Origin: a virus
DNA length: 64,000 nt
IMG/VR virus record: IMGVR_UViG_3300014838_000016
Location: 1-64,000 of that record
Reading direction: 5' to 3' (one strand)
The stretch's first letter is position 1. Each line of letters starts with the position of its first letter. Below, in pieces: positions 27,948 to 38,092 of this stretch. The notes below the pieces were generated by a model. It was not told the DNA's origin. It saw only the letters and a program-made list of their open reading frames with translations, and made no database searches. A program made the position numbers and the translations under genes.

Positions 27948-28778
27948 TTAACGAGCTTCCATCTCCGCGAGTTCGGCGGGAGTTAGTGGTTGCTTTTTGT
28001 AGCGGCGAAACCAAAACTTGCGAGCCTGCGACTCTTCCATTTCGCCGTCCATCGAGAAGTTCTCGGGGGCGAAGTTGCGGAGAGCGTTGATCATACGATT
28101 TACATCGGTATCGCTCGGCTCGTTGCTACCAACCTCATGTGCTCCACCGTGCATGGAGATCGGACAACGAACTGCACGACCAGACGCCTGTACCATGTTA
28201 TCCATCGCGGTGTAGTTGCTTAGGTCAGCGGGAATCGGTTGCTGTGAGCCGACGATAGGGGCCTGTCCTGCCGCCGCACCGACCTTGGTGATGCACTCGG
28301 GGCCGAAGCCGTTGTGCACCGAGGTCGGAACTGTCAGCTTGCGACCGCACCGAGCGCAGTGTGACGAGGGCCAGAATTCGAGTTTGTCAGGTACGATGTT
28401 GCCGACGAAGTTCGAAAACGCCCATGAGAACGCCTTCACTGAGGGGCTGTCCACGCGGTACCCCGCCTTGGGGCTGAACTTGAAGGTCTTGCGCTCGAAG
28501 ATGGTGCCGACGAAACTGAAATTGTCGCTGTTGTCGGGTCCAGTGAGGACCGAGACGAAGAAGACTGGAGGACGGTTGTCGCCCGCCCGCTTTGCGGATT
28601 CCGAAATCTTGTAGGTGAAACGCTCACCCGATGCCACACTTTGAAGAGTGAACGTGCTCTTGCCGCCGAAGATGTATTGCAGGATGACTTGGGCGTCGGT
28701 GAAAGCCTTTGGCGCATACCGCTCTTGAGCGTCAGCGATTCGGGTTTCAATGTTCTCGGCGTTAAGGTTGTCTTCCAT
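27948..28778 (-). CDS. DUF6011 domain protein
   Basis: CARCGRKLT.P.S..GFGPEC; TATAAT 6 nt before ATG. Confidence 0.8.
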   Translation of the reverse strand: MEDNLNAENIETRIADAQERYAPKAFTDAQVILQYIFGGKSTFTLQSVASGERFTYKISESAKRAGDNRPPVFFVSVLTGPDNSDNFSFVGTIFERKTFKFSPKAGYRVDSPSVKAFSWAFSNFVGNIVPDKLEFWPSSHCARCGRKLTVPTSVHNGFGPECITKVGAAAGQAPIVGSQQPIPADLSNYTAMDNMVQASGRAVRCPISMHGGAHEVGSNEPSDTDVNRMINALRNFAPENFSMDGEMEESQARKFWFRRYKKQPLTPAELAEMEAR

Positions 28779-28912
28779 GTGCCTATTATACCCAAAAGGG
28801 AGGCGGAAACGATAGGAATTTTTTACCTATATTTGTTTTGTTTTCAACACATTATAGATACACGTATGTTTGAGTTTGTCGGGAACTGATTGTCTGGTAT
28901 ATAATAGGGTTC
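28779..28912. promoter_or_regulatory. divergent sigma70-like promoters, both apparently leaderless
   Basis: TATAAT on - (28785-28790) and + (28900-28905), 6-7 nt from the ATGs. Confidence 0.6.
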
Positions 28913-29638
28913 ATGAGACGCGGCCTGATGCTGTTCGCAGTACTGTCGCTGGTGCCATTCGCTGGTGCCGTGCGGGTCGTCGTCCGCCGCCCACCCGTCC
29001 AAGTTGGCTGGCGGCACAAGCGTAAACCAAAACTCCTTCTTTATCGAGCGTTCCCACCCACCCATGAATCCTTAGTGCTTCAGAACGCCGAGGCGAACCG
29101 TCTGGGACTCGAACGATACGCCGACAACAAGGCGATGGATGCGGCCATCGAGCGAGAAGAGTTGGTGCCCCTGCCCCTGAGCGTCAGCTTGGCGGTTGAC
29201 AGGCGGCTGGACCCGAAGCGGCGGTATTGCCGCCCGTGGGTCGCCGCGTTTCTGACCGACCTGAGTGACGCTTTCTACCGAGAATACCACCAGCCCCTTC
29301 TTATAGACTCGGCTGTCCGCACGGTGAAAGTCCAGCGGAGCCTATTGCGGTGGAACAAGAACGCTGCCCCCGCGCATGGAGAACTCGAATCGGTTCACAT
29401 TGCGGGGATTGCCGTGGACATCGCTCGCCGTCCGTTGACCGGCAGCCAGATTCGTTGGTTGGAATGGCGGCTACTTTACTACCATGCATTGGGACTGGTG
29501 ATCGCCGAAGAGGAACTCAAGCAGCCGTGCTTCCACATCGTTGTCAGCGGGGATTACCCAAATGGTTCAATTGGTGTACAATTGATTGAGTCGCCCGTGA
29601 CGGTCGATACGATACCTGAGGAGGAACTGCCGCAGTGA
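28913..29638 (+). CDS. DUF5715-family M15-like Zn peptidase with signal peptide
   Basis: SAVRT..Q; S-V-H-x-x-G-x-A-V-D; QPCFHIVV; N-terminal hydrophobic signal. Confidence 0.8.
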   Translation: MRRGLMLFAVLSLVPFAGAVRVVVRRPPVQVGWRHKRKPKLLLYRAFPPTHESLVLQNAEANRLGLERYADNKAMDAAIEREELVPLPLSVSLAVDRRLDPKRRYCRPWVAAFLTDLSDAFYREYHQPLLIDSAVRTVKVQRSLLRWNKNAAPAHGELESVHIAGIAVDIARRPLTGSQIRWLEWRLLYYHALGLVIAEEELKQPCFHIVVSGDYPNGSIGVQLIESPVTVDTIPEEELPQ

Positions 29639-29762
29639 AATGGTATTCGATTCTTGTGTTCGCATTAGCAGGTTGTTTGTTGTATGCTTTGTGGACAGCC
29701 AAGTCGGGGCGCGATTGCAGGCCCGACTATAGGCAGCGAGATTCAATGGCGGTAAATTGCAA

Positions 29763-29957
29763 ATGAAAGAGTTATCCGAAGCTGGCAAGGAAGAACTCGC
29801 GTTGGCGCTTCTCCTGTTGAAGGATTTCAAGAGTCAGGGCAAGATGGATTGGGAAGTGAGCATGATGGTGATCGGGCTCGCAGATCATTTGGGCGTGCGG
29901 GCACAGTTCGATAAGTTGATGCCTATCGTTCCGCCAATGAGAATCGAGCCAAGATAA
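29763..29957 (+). CDS. hypothetical protein
   Basis: Packed ORF. Confidence 0.6.
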   Translation: MKELSEAGKEELALALLLLKDFKSQGKMDWEVSMMVIGLADHLGVRAQFDKLMPIVPPMRIEPR

Positions 29958-30139
29958 TGCCTATTTGCCCACCAAGACCGAAGGAAGAGCGCAAGAAAGA
30001 CCGATGGGAGAACGTCGTCGGCAAGGCCCTTAAGAATTGGGTCACGGCAGTGATGGAGAAACGCGGCGTCACCCGCGAAGTGGCACGCAAGATTGTGCTG
30101 GACGATATCAAGATCATTGCGCTACAGGATGGGGTATGA
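29957..30139 (+). CDS. hypothetical protein
   Basis: TAATG coupling. Confidence 0.6.
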   Translation: MPICPPRPKEERKKDRWENVVGKALKNWVTAVMEKRGVTREVARKIVLDDIKIIALQDGV

Positions 30140-30447
30140 ACTACAAAGACGGAGACGGAACCTACCGCTTGGGCGACGACCGACGTGTCAAGGCGTCCGA
30201 ATTAAAGGCGGGAGAAAGCATTGTCGTCGTTAACGGCAACAGTTCGTTGTACACCGTCTACCGTCCGCCGCGTCGGAAGAACGAGAGCCCAATCCAGTAT
30301 TACAAGCGCACGGGCTGCGTTGACAACCGCTACTATTTCAGGCACCAAGGGCGTTACTACTGCAATCCTGCCCACTGCCGTGTGACGTGGAAGGACAAGA
30401 AGAAGCGCGATGAACATCTTGGCATGGCCTATGCAATCCTCAGATAA
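30136..30447 (+). CDS. basic hypothetical protein
   Basis: ATGA overlap. Confidence 0.6.
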   Translation: MNYKDGDGTYRLGDDRRVKASELKAGESIVVVNGNSSLYTVYRPPRRKNESPIQYYKRTGCVDNRYYFRHQGRYYCNPAHCRVTWKDKKKRDEHLGMAYAILR

Positions 30448-30622
30448 TTTTTGGAAAGAATACGCTGGTGGAGCCTACCTTTCGCCTGAGGGCGTGATTC
30501 TCCCAGCGTGGATATACATTCGCCCAGAAGATATTAAGCCGCCAAAAAAGCACGCAACGCCTCTGCAAGGAGGATTCCAATGCCTCTCGGCGGGGGTTAA
30601 CAGTCGCCATGGAATCATGTAA
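30410..30622 (+). CDS. hypothetical protein
   Basis: Fills the gap. Confidence 0.45.
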   Translation: MNILAWPMQSSDNFWKEYAGGAYLSPEGVILPAWIYIRPEDIKPPKKHATPLQGGFQCLSAGVNSRHGIM

Positions 30623-30639
30623 GCTCAAGGAAGGACCTC

Positions 30640-30975
30640 ATGAACTACGACTCACCAGAAAACAGCATCAGTTTCAACATCAGCCTCGGTCTGCTCCCAA
30701 CAGTGATCTTTGCCGTTGCTGTCGTAGCCAGTGCTCTTATGTTGGCCGCTCGTAAGCCCCAGCAGATCACGATACTGCCCGCCCCCGTGGTTTTACAGCC
30801 CATCGAAGTCCAAGTCCACAACCAGACGACTGTCCGCCCGCGTATCACTATCAAGAGGGTGGTTGTTCCCAAGGGAGCCCTGACACCCGATCCTGTGTTC
30901 CTGCACCGCACACCGATTATTCCAGATTCGTTGAAGAAAACGTCGGTCGTCATTGGGTTCGTCAATGCAGGCTGA
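30640..30975 (+). CDS. membrane protein
   Basis: AAGGA RBS; TM helix. Confidence 0.7.
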   Translation: MNYDSPENSISFNISLGLLPTVIFAVAVVASALMLAARKPQQITILPAPVVLQPIEVQVHNQTTVRPRITIKRVVVPKGALTPDPVFLHRTPIIPDSLKKTSVVIGFVNAG

Positions 30976-31041
30976 GCCTAGCTGTTCTTAACCGTACTCA
31001 TTTTGGGTACAGTTGTACCCACTTTGGGTACAGAGGGATTC

Positions 31042-31227
31042 ATGGGAACTAAAAAGCAAGCACGAGCCAAACTCAAAGCGATGAACATGAGGATCAAGAC
31101 GGCACTACATGTCTGGATTAAGAAGGGCGAAGACCTCGAAATCTTGATAGACAAGCGGGATCGTTTTCTCAAGAAATACAAGAAATTCATCGGGTCAGTC
31201 CCGAAACGTGGTATTAAAAAGGTATGA
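31042..31227 (+). CDS. basic hypothetical protein
   Basis: GAGGG RBS. Confidence 0.6.
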   Translation: MGTKKQARAKLKAMNMRIKTALHVWIKKGEDLEILIDKRDRFLKKYKKFIGSVPKRGIKKV

Positions 31228-31604
31228 GGAAAGTTCCGTGCTTTAACCCCGACTGCTGGTCCCGCCGCATACACCATGAACGGCCCGACGAGCCCCGGGG
31301 TCAACGGTTCGTCGAAGTCCCCGATGATTGGGACGGCTCGCACGCATTTTGCTCCATGACGTGTGCAGTTGAATCGGGATTCATGTCACTGGTGCCTGCC
31401 GCTTACGGTCCCTGCAAGAAGTGTTTTGTGGCGGTCAAGGGTGAGGATGTCATTTACCATCATGGGACTTGGAAGTGCGTAAGGCCCGAGGTCACCGAGG
31501 AAGAGTTCCAGCGGCTTTGGATCGAGCGCGAAGAGCGGATGCAGAGATTTCGCGAGAAGTATCCGACTCCGACAGCGGAAGAGAGTCATGGACACGGGGT
31601 TTAA
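31224..31604 (+). CDS. Cys-rich hypothetical protein
   Basis: CFNPDC, FCSMTC, CKKC; GTATTA upstream. Confidence 0.7.
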   Translation: MRKVPCFNPDCWSRRIHHERPDEPRGQRFVEVPDDWDGSHAFCSMTCAVESGFMSLVPAAYGPCKKCFVAVKGEDVIYHHGTWKCVRPEVTEEEFQRLWIEREERMQRFREKYPTPTAEESHGHGV

Positions 31605-31606
31605 CT

Positions 31607-31810
31607 ATGAGAGAATGGGGGGCTAGCATGAGTGTTATTTGCGGATCGCCGCACCCAAAGACGGGTGCTCTTTGCATAAAAGAAGAAGGTCACATCAATG
31701 ACCAAGACGCTCGGGTACAGCAGCATTTAGCGGCAGGCAACCTGAAGTGGCCTACGCTGCACGAACTCGACCCGAATGAAGGCTTTAACGACTACGTAAC
31801 CCGTCTGTAA
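31607..31810 (+). CDS. hypothetical protein
   Basis: C..C..GH..H motif. Confidence 0.55.
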   Translation: MREWGASMSVICGSPHPKTGALCIKEEGHINDQDARVQQHLAAGNLKWPTLHELDPNEGFNDYVTRL

Positions 31811-31840
31811 CCCTTTCTCGTCTTCCCGTCCCTCTAGTAG

Positions 31841-32086
31841 GTGTGGGTCGGGAGGACGATCTTGTCTCAGAGGCTTGTACTGGAAATCCACCAAAAGTGC
31901 GAAGTCATCATTGAAGCCGTTGGGCGAGATCATGTCCGAATCCGTATCACAGAAACCAACCCTGAATTACTCTCTCCGACCGATTTTGAAATAGAGGGTG
32001 ACCCGTGCCACATTTGGGAGGTCTTCACTTCTGCCGCGCTTGTCCTTGCCAATCTCGAAGAAATTTCACGGAGTAACCCCAGCTAA
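31841..32086 (+). CDS. hypothetical protein
   Basis: GTG start; fills the gap. Confidence 0.5.
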   Translation: MWVGRTILSQRLVLEIHQKCEVIIEAVGRDHVRIRITETNPELLSPTDFEIEGDPCHIWEVFTSAALVLANLEEISRSNPS

Positions 32087-32090
32087 GTTT

Positions 32091-32351
32091 ATGCTCAGGA
32101 CCTTCTGCTGCTTTTACTGCGGTCGCGAGTTAAGTAGGAAGAAGAAGACCCGTGACCATAAACAGCCCAAGAGCCGCAACGGTTCGGGTGGTAACGGTAA
32201 CATCGTTGACGCCTGCCGTCCTTGCAATCAATTGAAGGGTTGTCTTTCTCTTGAAGAATTCCGTTTGGTGATCGCGTATCAACGCGGACTCGTCAAACCT
32301 TCGACGATGCTCTTTCCCGGCGAAGAAAAACGTAAAGCCGCGAACGCTTAA
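32091..32351 (+). CDS. small HNH endonuclease
   Basis: CFYCG..TRDHKQPKS..NIVDACRPCNQLKG. Confidence 0.85.
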   Translation: MLRTFCCFYCGRELSRKKKTRDHKQPKSRNGSGGNGNIVDACRPCNQLKGCLSLEEFRLVIAYQRGLVKPSTMLFPGEEKRKAANA

Positions 32352-32356
32352 GTGTT

Positions 32357-33052
32357 TTACCCCTGCATGAATGGCGGCATTTGCCACCAGCCAGAACCAG
32401 CGTTGCCTGCTGTTGGGGCGTAAAACGCCATTCCCATGCAGTGCCAAGAGGACTGGTTTTGGGTAAAGTCGGCACTGACTGCACCGTTGACGTTCAACTG
32501 ATATTCGCTCATGTCGCCGTTTTGGATGCCGCCCGGAGCGCCCGTCCAACCTCCCAATGTGCCGCCTGCGGTTGGAGCGGTGATGGTTCCGCCTGAACCT
32601 GCCGCCATATAGACAAGGGAATTGGCGAAGTTGGGCGTGATGGTTGGCCCGTTAACGGTTGTGCTGCCCGGGCTGGCAAGCTGCTGTGCGGCGTCTTGGT
32701 CAAATTGCCACGCACCATCGGCGTGAAACTCATCAACGTACATGACCAAGTTCGAACCCGTCGTCCAAGACGCCGTTACGGTCGAACCCGACGTTGAGGC
32801 TGCATTGAGGTTGTAGAGCAAATAGGTACTCGCCGTGAAGCCCGTGAGAACCGTGGGGGAATGGGGTGTGAGGACGTAACTGAAGCTGCTACCGTCTGTT
32901 ACGGTCAATGCAGTCACAGCTAACGCCATCTGAATCGCGACGAGGACAAGGTTGCCAGCGGTGATGGCACTGCCCAGCGTGACGGACATGGTTGTGACCG
33001 TCGCAGGAGCTACGTTGAAGTTGCCCCCGCCCTGTACGTGATTCATCGCCAT
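32357..33052 (-). CDS. virion structural beta-sandwich protein
   Basis: AGNLVLVAI..VTD pattern; end of the fibre operon. Confidence 0.7.
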   Translation of the reverse strand: MAMNHVQGGGNFNVAPATVTTMSVTLGSAITAGNLVLVAIQMALAVTALTVTDGSSFSYVLTPHSPTVLTGFTASTYLLYNLNAASTSGSTVTASWTTGSNLVMYVDEFHADGAWQFDQDAAQQLASPGSTTVNGPTITPNFANSLVYMAAGSGGTITAPTAGGTLGGWTGAPGGIQNGDMSEYQLNVNGAVSADFTQNQSSWHCMGMAFYAPTAGNAGSGWWQMPPFMQG

Positions 33053-36000
33053 TAGCTGTTATCCTCTTCCCACTCGTAACTTACGGTAACAGTCTGGGTT
33101 GCGATGACGGCTCCAAGGTTGATGCAAAGCTGCTGAGCTACACCACGCAGGACGATGCAAGCAGCCCCACCGCGAGTACCGAAGTCCCAAAGCCATGTGT
33201 TGGCACCCGTCGTCGCGTTGGAATCGTCGAAGAACTGGATACCGCGAATTGTGCCAACGGCGGTGCCCAAGGTCGGAGCAGCCGTGTAACGGAGCGGGGC
33301 GGCTGAGGCGGCGGCATAGGCGCTGTCGTGAGGTACTGCGGTCATCGCTGCGGAAGTTCCACCCGTGTCCGCCGCTGAACGCTTGACCAACGTAACCGCT
33401 TCCACGCCAGCCGTGCCACTGGTGCTCATGGAGACTTCCACGCGGGTGATACGGATGGTCTTCGAGGCTGAACCCGGAAGCACGGCGATGTCGCCAGCGA
33501 CAGGGGTGAAAGTGGCGAAGCAAGAATAGGTTTGCTTACGACCTTCGATGTTGACATAGAGTGCGCCCGTGGTGTCAGACTGTAACGCCCCGGCCTGCCC
33601 TGCTGTAAGAACAAGTGGCGTGGTGTTGTACTCTGCGGATGTGAGGAGAGCATTCGTTGGAGCAGTTGCACCACCAGCGGCGGAATCCACCGAAGCTCCA
33701 GTGCCGCCTGAGATGCCGACCTTCTGGACGCCAGCGGATGCGGCGACCGCAGCTACCGTGCCGATGAACAGGGAAGAGTTGACGCTTCCAGCGATCACTG
33801 CTCCCGGAGTTGTACCGAAGTTTGCGGGTGCGCCGAGGGCAGTGCCAGCCCATGCTTGCACGTCACTATTCAAAGCACCATGCAAATCTGTAACAGGCAG
33901 AACTTGGTCACCAGTTGTGTAGGTGATGGTGCTGTACGCGGTTTCAGCGACGGCGGGTAATACGCCTACGTTGAAAGCGTTTGGAGCGGCGTTGTTATTT
34001 GTGAGGTTGCCTTGGAACGACCACGGAGCCCCACCTTGCTGTACGGTCCACGTACCAGACTGAGTGACGGCTACAGTTCCAGTGATGGTTGTAGAGGCGA
34101 GCGAGACTACCCATGGAGACGTGGATTGGGTGACAGCGACCGTGCCGCTGACTGTGACCGCAGGGGAGTTAGTGATGAAAGCGTTGACAGCGGGGACAGG
34201 TACCGCCGCAGGCGAGCCGCCGTAATTGACAACAGCGGTTGCGCCCAATGCCGTACCAGCCACAGCTTGTAAATCTTGGTTAAGAGCACCATGCAAATCG
34301 GTGACAGGCAATACCATGTCGCCAGTTGCATAGGTGACGGTGCTGTATGCAGTCTCAGCAATCGCAGGGAGGACGCCAAGGAGTGTCGCCGTGGGAGCCG
34401 CATTGTTGTTGGTAAGCGCACCGTCCACGGCAACCGTACCCGTGATCGTGGTAGACGCTAGCGAAACAACCCATGGGCTCGTGCTCTGGGTGACGGCCAC
34501 TGTTCCAGTGATGGCTGTAGATGCAAGTGAAACGACCCAAGGAGATGTGCCTTGGAAACAGTAGGCATTGACACCAATGACTTCTTCACCCGTTGGAGCG
34601 GTTGCCCAAATTGTCGGACCACCAAGAGCCGTACCAGCAAGAGCTTGCAAATCAGTGTTGACAGCGCCGTGCAGGTCAGTGACAGCCAAAACTTGGTTGC
34701 CCGTGGTGTAGGTGTTGGTCGTGTATGCAGTCGCGGCGAGGTAGCCGAGGCTGCCTTGGTTGTTGGCGGCAGGCGCAGCGGTGTTGTTCGATAGGTTTCC
34801 GCCGGGGAATCCAGTGACGTTGACGTTCAACGCACCACCCGTATTCGTCAAGGCGGTCGTACCAGAGAACAAGGAAGCATTGACTGCTGGAACGTTGACG
34901 GCAGCGGGTGCCGTGCCGAAAGCAGTTACAGCCGTTGCACCAAGCTGAACTCCAGCAACAGCTTGTAAGTCTTGGTTCAAAGCGCCGTGCAAGTCTGTAA
35001 CGGGCAATACCATGTCGCCCGTGGTGTAGGTGACAGTGTTGTACGCAGTCTCGGCAATTGCGGGGAGGACACCCAACAGTGTTGCAGTTGGAGCCGCGTT
35101 GTTATTGCTCAATGCGCCGTCAACGGCCACTGTGCCCGTGATAGTTGTAGACGCGAGAGACACAACCCAAGGGGACGTACTCTGGGTGACAGCGACCGTG
35201 CCTGTGATGCCAAAAGTCGTCGGGAAGTTCGTTACGTCAACGTAAATTGGGTTGCCTAAAGCATTCGCCGCAGTGGTAGCGGAGATCGGCACAGGTGCCG
35301 TACCCGATACAGCGTTCTGACCAACGAAGAGTTCCGCGTTGACCGCAGGAACCAGAACGGACGTTGCAGGAGCGGTACCCCAATCAGTAGGTGCTGCGAT
35401 GGTTGCGGTTACAGTACCGCTCACTACCCAAGGAGAAGTCGATTGCGTTACGGCTACAGTGCCAGTGATTGTTGTTGAAGCCATCGTCACAGGCACAGTG
35501 TTAGTGATGAAAGCGTTGACCGCAGGCACATTTACGGCGGCAGGCGTGGAACCATAACCTACGACGGCTGTGGCACCTAATGCGACTCCAGCAACAGCCG
35601 CCAAATCGCTGAACAGAGCACCGTGAAGGTCGGTTGCGGGTAGAACTTGGTCGCCAGTCGTATAGGTAAGGTTTGTGTACGCGGACTCAGCGATGGCTGG
35701 TAGGACGCCGACGTTTGTGGTGTTGGGAGCGGCATTGTTGTTGGTGAGTGTTCCAACGAATGACCATGGTGCCCCACCCTGCTGTACGGTCCACGTACCA
35801 CTTTGAGCAGCTTGTACGGCGAAGGTTCCCGCGTTGGTGACAGCGATAGTTTGACCAGCCGAAATCCCGACTGTCCAAGCGCCCGACTGCGTGACGGCGA
35901 CCGTCCCAGATACGGCTACGGTCCCGCTTACGACCCATGGCGAAGTTCCTTGGAAGCAGTAGGCGTTGACGCCTTGAACTTCCTCACCAGTTGGGGCAGT

Positions 36001-36939
36001 CGCCCAAATCGTAGGACCACCGAGTGCCGCACCAGCTAGTGCTTGCCAATCGACGTTCATGGCACCATGAAGATCGGTGACGGGGAGGACTTGATCGCCC
36101 GTCGTGTAGGTGACGGTTGCATACGCAGTCTCAGCGATTGCTGGCAATACGCCGAGGTTGAAGGCGTTCGGTGCTGCGTTGTTATTGGTGAGGTTTCCAG
36201 CGACCGTGCTGCTCGTTGGATTGACCACGTTGACGTAGATTGGATTGCCAGCGTTGTTTGCCGCAGTTGTAGCCGAGACAGGAACAGGCGATGCCCCAGA
36301 CACGGCGTTCTGACCCACAAACATTTCGGCATTGACGGCTGGAACCAACACATTTGTGGCCGGTGCAGTACCCCAATCTGTGGGTGTGGGAATAGTTACG
36401 GACCACGGAGCCCCACCTTGCTGTACGGTCCATGTTCCAGATTGAGTTGCGGCTACAGTCCAAGCGCCTGATTGAGTGACAGCAACAGTTCCCGTTACCC
36501 CTACTGACCAAGCCCCACTTTGGATGGCGTTTACAGTCCAAGTTCCGCCCTGATCGGCGACAATCGTGCCGCTTACGACCCATGGCGATGTGCATTGAGT
36601 GACACATATCGAGGCGTTGCTGATGGCGACGGTGCCGCTTACAACCCATGGCGAGGTAGCTTGCGTGACGGGAAGCGAGGACTCAGTGAAGGTGACGGTC
36701 AGCGGATTGACCACGTTGACGTTTAATGCCTCAACTGGCGGGCTTCCAGCCAGTGTTGCGGTGAGGGCTGTGCACGATCCAACGAAGAGCGAGGCATTGA
36801 CGGGGATTGCGGCTGTAACGCTGGAGCAGCAACCTACGTCGGGGCAGGTGCCAAACGCGCTCGGAGGGCTGAGTGGGGTGTTATCCCACTGCGTTATGTT
36901 GCCCGAAAACGATAGACCAAATGGGTTTTGAACTGGAAT
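33052..36939 (-). CDS. long repetitive fibre protein; true start probably ATT at 36939
   Basis: Repeats GTVAVTQSTSPWVVS and LTNNNAAP..VTDLHGA. The frame stays open and repeat-like for 75 codons upstream of GTG 36714. GGGAG RBS before ATT. Confidence 0.8.
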   Translation of the reverse strand: MPVQNPFGLSFSGNITQWDNTPLSPPSAFGTCPDVGCCSSVTAAIPVNASLFVGSCTALTATLAGSPPVEALNVNVVNPLTVTFTESSLPVTQATSPWVVSGTVAISNASICVTQCTSPWVVSGTIVADQGGTWTVNAIQSGAWSVGVTGTVAVTQSGAWTVAATQSGTWTVQQGGAPWSVTIPTPTDWGTAPATNVLVPAVNAEMFVGQNAVSGASPVPVSATTAANNAGNPIYVNVVNPTSSTVAGNLTNNNAAPNAFNLGVLPAIAETAYATVTYTTGDQVLPVTDLHGAMNVDWQALAGAALGGPTIWATAPTGEEVQGVNAYCFQGTSPWVVSGTVAVSGTVAVTQSGAWTVGISAGQTIAVTNAGTFAVQAAQSGTWTVQQGGAPWSFVGTLTNNNAAPNTTNVGVLPAIAESAYTNLTYTTGDQVLPATDLHGALFSDLAAVAGVALGATAVVGYGSTPAAVNVPAVNAFITNTVPVTMASTTITGTVAVTQSTSPWVVSGTVTATIAAPTDWGTAPATSVLVPAVNAELFVGQNAVSGTAPVPISATTAANALGNPIYVDVTNFPTTFGITGTVAVTQSTSPWVVSLASTTITGTVAVDGALSNNNAAPTATLLGVLPAIAETAYNTVTYTTGDMVLPVTDLHGALNQDLQAVAGVQLGATAVTAFGTAPAAVNVPAVNASLFSGTTALTNTGGALNVNVTGFPGGNLSNNTAAPAANNQGSLGYLAATAYTTNTYTTGNQVLAVTDLHGAVNTDLQALAGTALGGPTIWATAPTGEEVIGVNAYCFQGTSPWVVSLASTAITGTVAVTQSTSPWVVSLASTTITGTVAVDGALTNNNAAPTATLLGVLPAIAETAYSTVTYATGDMVLPVTDLHGALNQDLQAVAGTALGATAVVNYGGSPAAVPVPAVNAFITNSPAVTVSGTVAVTQSTSPWVVSLASTTITGTVAVTQSGTWTVQQGGAPWSFQGNLTNNNAAPNAFNVGVLPAVAETAYSTITYTTGDQVLPVTDLHGALNSDVQAWAGTALGAPANFGTTPGAVIAGSVNSSLFIGTVAAVAASAGVQKVGISGGTGASVDSAAGGATAPTNALLTSAEYNTTPLVLTAGQAGALQSDTTGALYVNIEGRKQTYSCFATFTPVAGDIAVLPGSASKTIRITRVEVSMSTSGTAGVEAVTLVKRSAADTGGTSAAMTAVPHDSAYAAASAAPLRYTAAPTLGTAVGTIRGIQFFDDSNATTGANTWLWDFGTRGGAACIVLRGVAQQLCINLGAVIATQTVTVSYEWEEDNS

Positions 36940-37016
36940 TAGAGTCTCTCCCTTTGAGCCGCTCGTCTTGCTTCAGACCACGGCTTTCCTTTTGCCCTGA
37001 GTAAGTAAATTATCAT
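36939..37016 (-). pseudogene. 25 aa mini-ORF, probable internally deleted GIY-YIG endonuclease
   Basis: MIIYLLRAKGKPWSEARRAAQRERL; N-terminal and C-terminal HEG-like motifs fused; TAA overlaps the ATT. Confidence 0.5.
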
Positions 37017-37079
37017 GTTCAGTTTGTTCCCATGGTGTGGGACATCAAAACGCTCTCTTATTAGGGATTACATAGTCTT

Positions 37080-37862
37080 TTACTGGAATTCCTGAATGCT
37101 CAACAGCGCACAAAAAGTGGGCGGACTACCGCAACAATTATCGGTGTACGAAAGCCCACTATCGGCTATGGCGTTCACCGCAGCGGTCGTGAAATCACTA
37201 CTATCCATCCAAAACGTGCCTCCGGGTGCCAGCGTGATCCCAGCAAAGAGGATGGCTGGATTGCTACCAAAAGCAATGCTCATCGTGACGTAAGACATAT
37301 TCGTCAAATTCAGCCCCTTTCTTGAGGGGTTCGACGCCAATATAACCGTCGATGATGTGTTCACGCATATAGATTCAGGTGCATTGGCGACAGTGGCGGT
37401 CTGCGGGCAACAGGGGGGTGCGGTGGTGACGAACGAATCCGCCGAGTAACCGAAGACCACCGAACCGCAGACGGGCGGGCTTCCACAGGCTGTTCCCGTG
37501 ATCGGACTGAGGAGGATGACCTGAAAATACGGTATGGCGGTGAGGTTGAATTCAGCCGCTAGAAAGGTATTAGCTTGGAGATCGTAAACTGGGCCGACCG
37601 CCCCGCCGATTCCCGGCACATAACCCGTGAGGGGGAACCAGTTCACGCCATCGGTGCTGCCTTGGAACTGAACCGCTCCACCAGTGATGCAGCCTTGATC
37701 TAGGGTGACGATTAGGGTGTTGTACGAGTAGTCGTTGTTTACTATTGTGGCCGTCGTACTGACTGGCGTGGCGCATTCCCATGGCGGAAATGTCGCACCA
37801 CATTGAGTGTTTTCGCCGACACTCAGAACTGCGGAAATACTGTATTGTGACTCGACGTGCAT
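37080..37862 (-). CDS. Cys-rich virion structural protein
   Basis: FQGSTDGVNWF and NPSRKGL..N modules typical of phage structural proteins; 11 Cys. Confidence 0.7.
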   Translation of the reverse strand: MHVESQYSISAVLSVGENTQCGATFPPWECATPVSTTATIVNNDYSYNTLIVTLDQGCITGGAVQFQGSTDGVNWFPLTGYVPGIGGAVGPVYDLQANTFLAAEFNLTAIPYFQVILLSPITGTACGSPPVCGSVVFGYSADSFVTTAPPCCPQTATVANAPESICVNTSSTVILASNPSRKGLNLTNMSYVTMSIAFGSNPAILFAGITLAPGGTFWMDSSDFTTAAVNAIADSGLSYTDNCCGSPPTFCALLSIQEFQ

Positions 37863-37942
37863 TCTAATCCCCTATAAATGGGCGGCAAAGCTTAAAAACG
37901 TGCGAACCGTCAAAATCCTAATTTTATTGAGAAAATGAGAGC

Positions 37943-38092
37943 TTACCTCATGCAGTTGCACAATTTTTCCTTGCGCTTGGTGGTCGCTTTACGGGCATCC
38001 GCACACGTGTTACAGTGATAGGTCACACTGCCATCTTGGTTGTAGACACGCCATTGAGCTTGTTGACCGCACGAACATATTACTTTTGCCAT
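37943..38092 (-). CDS. small Cys-rich peptide
   Basis: CSCG..HCNTC..CNC; overlaps the GT2 stop. Confidence 0.55.
   Translation of the reverse strand: MAKVICSCGQQAQWRVYNQDGSVTYHCNTCADARKATTKRKEKLCNCMR

Noticed and set aside
31841-32086. CsrA-like regulator (VIIEAVGRDHVRIRI)
   Set aside because: Similarity limited to one hairpin; lacks the MLxLxR start and RxE motif
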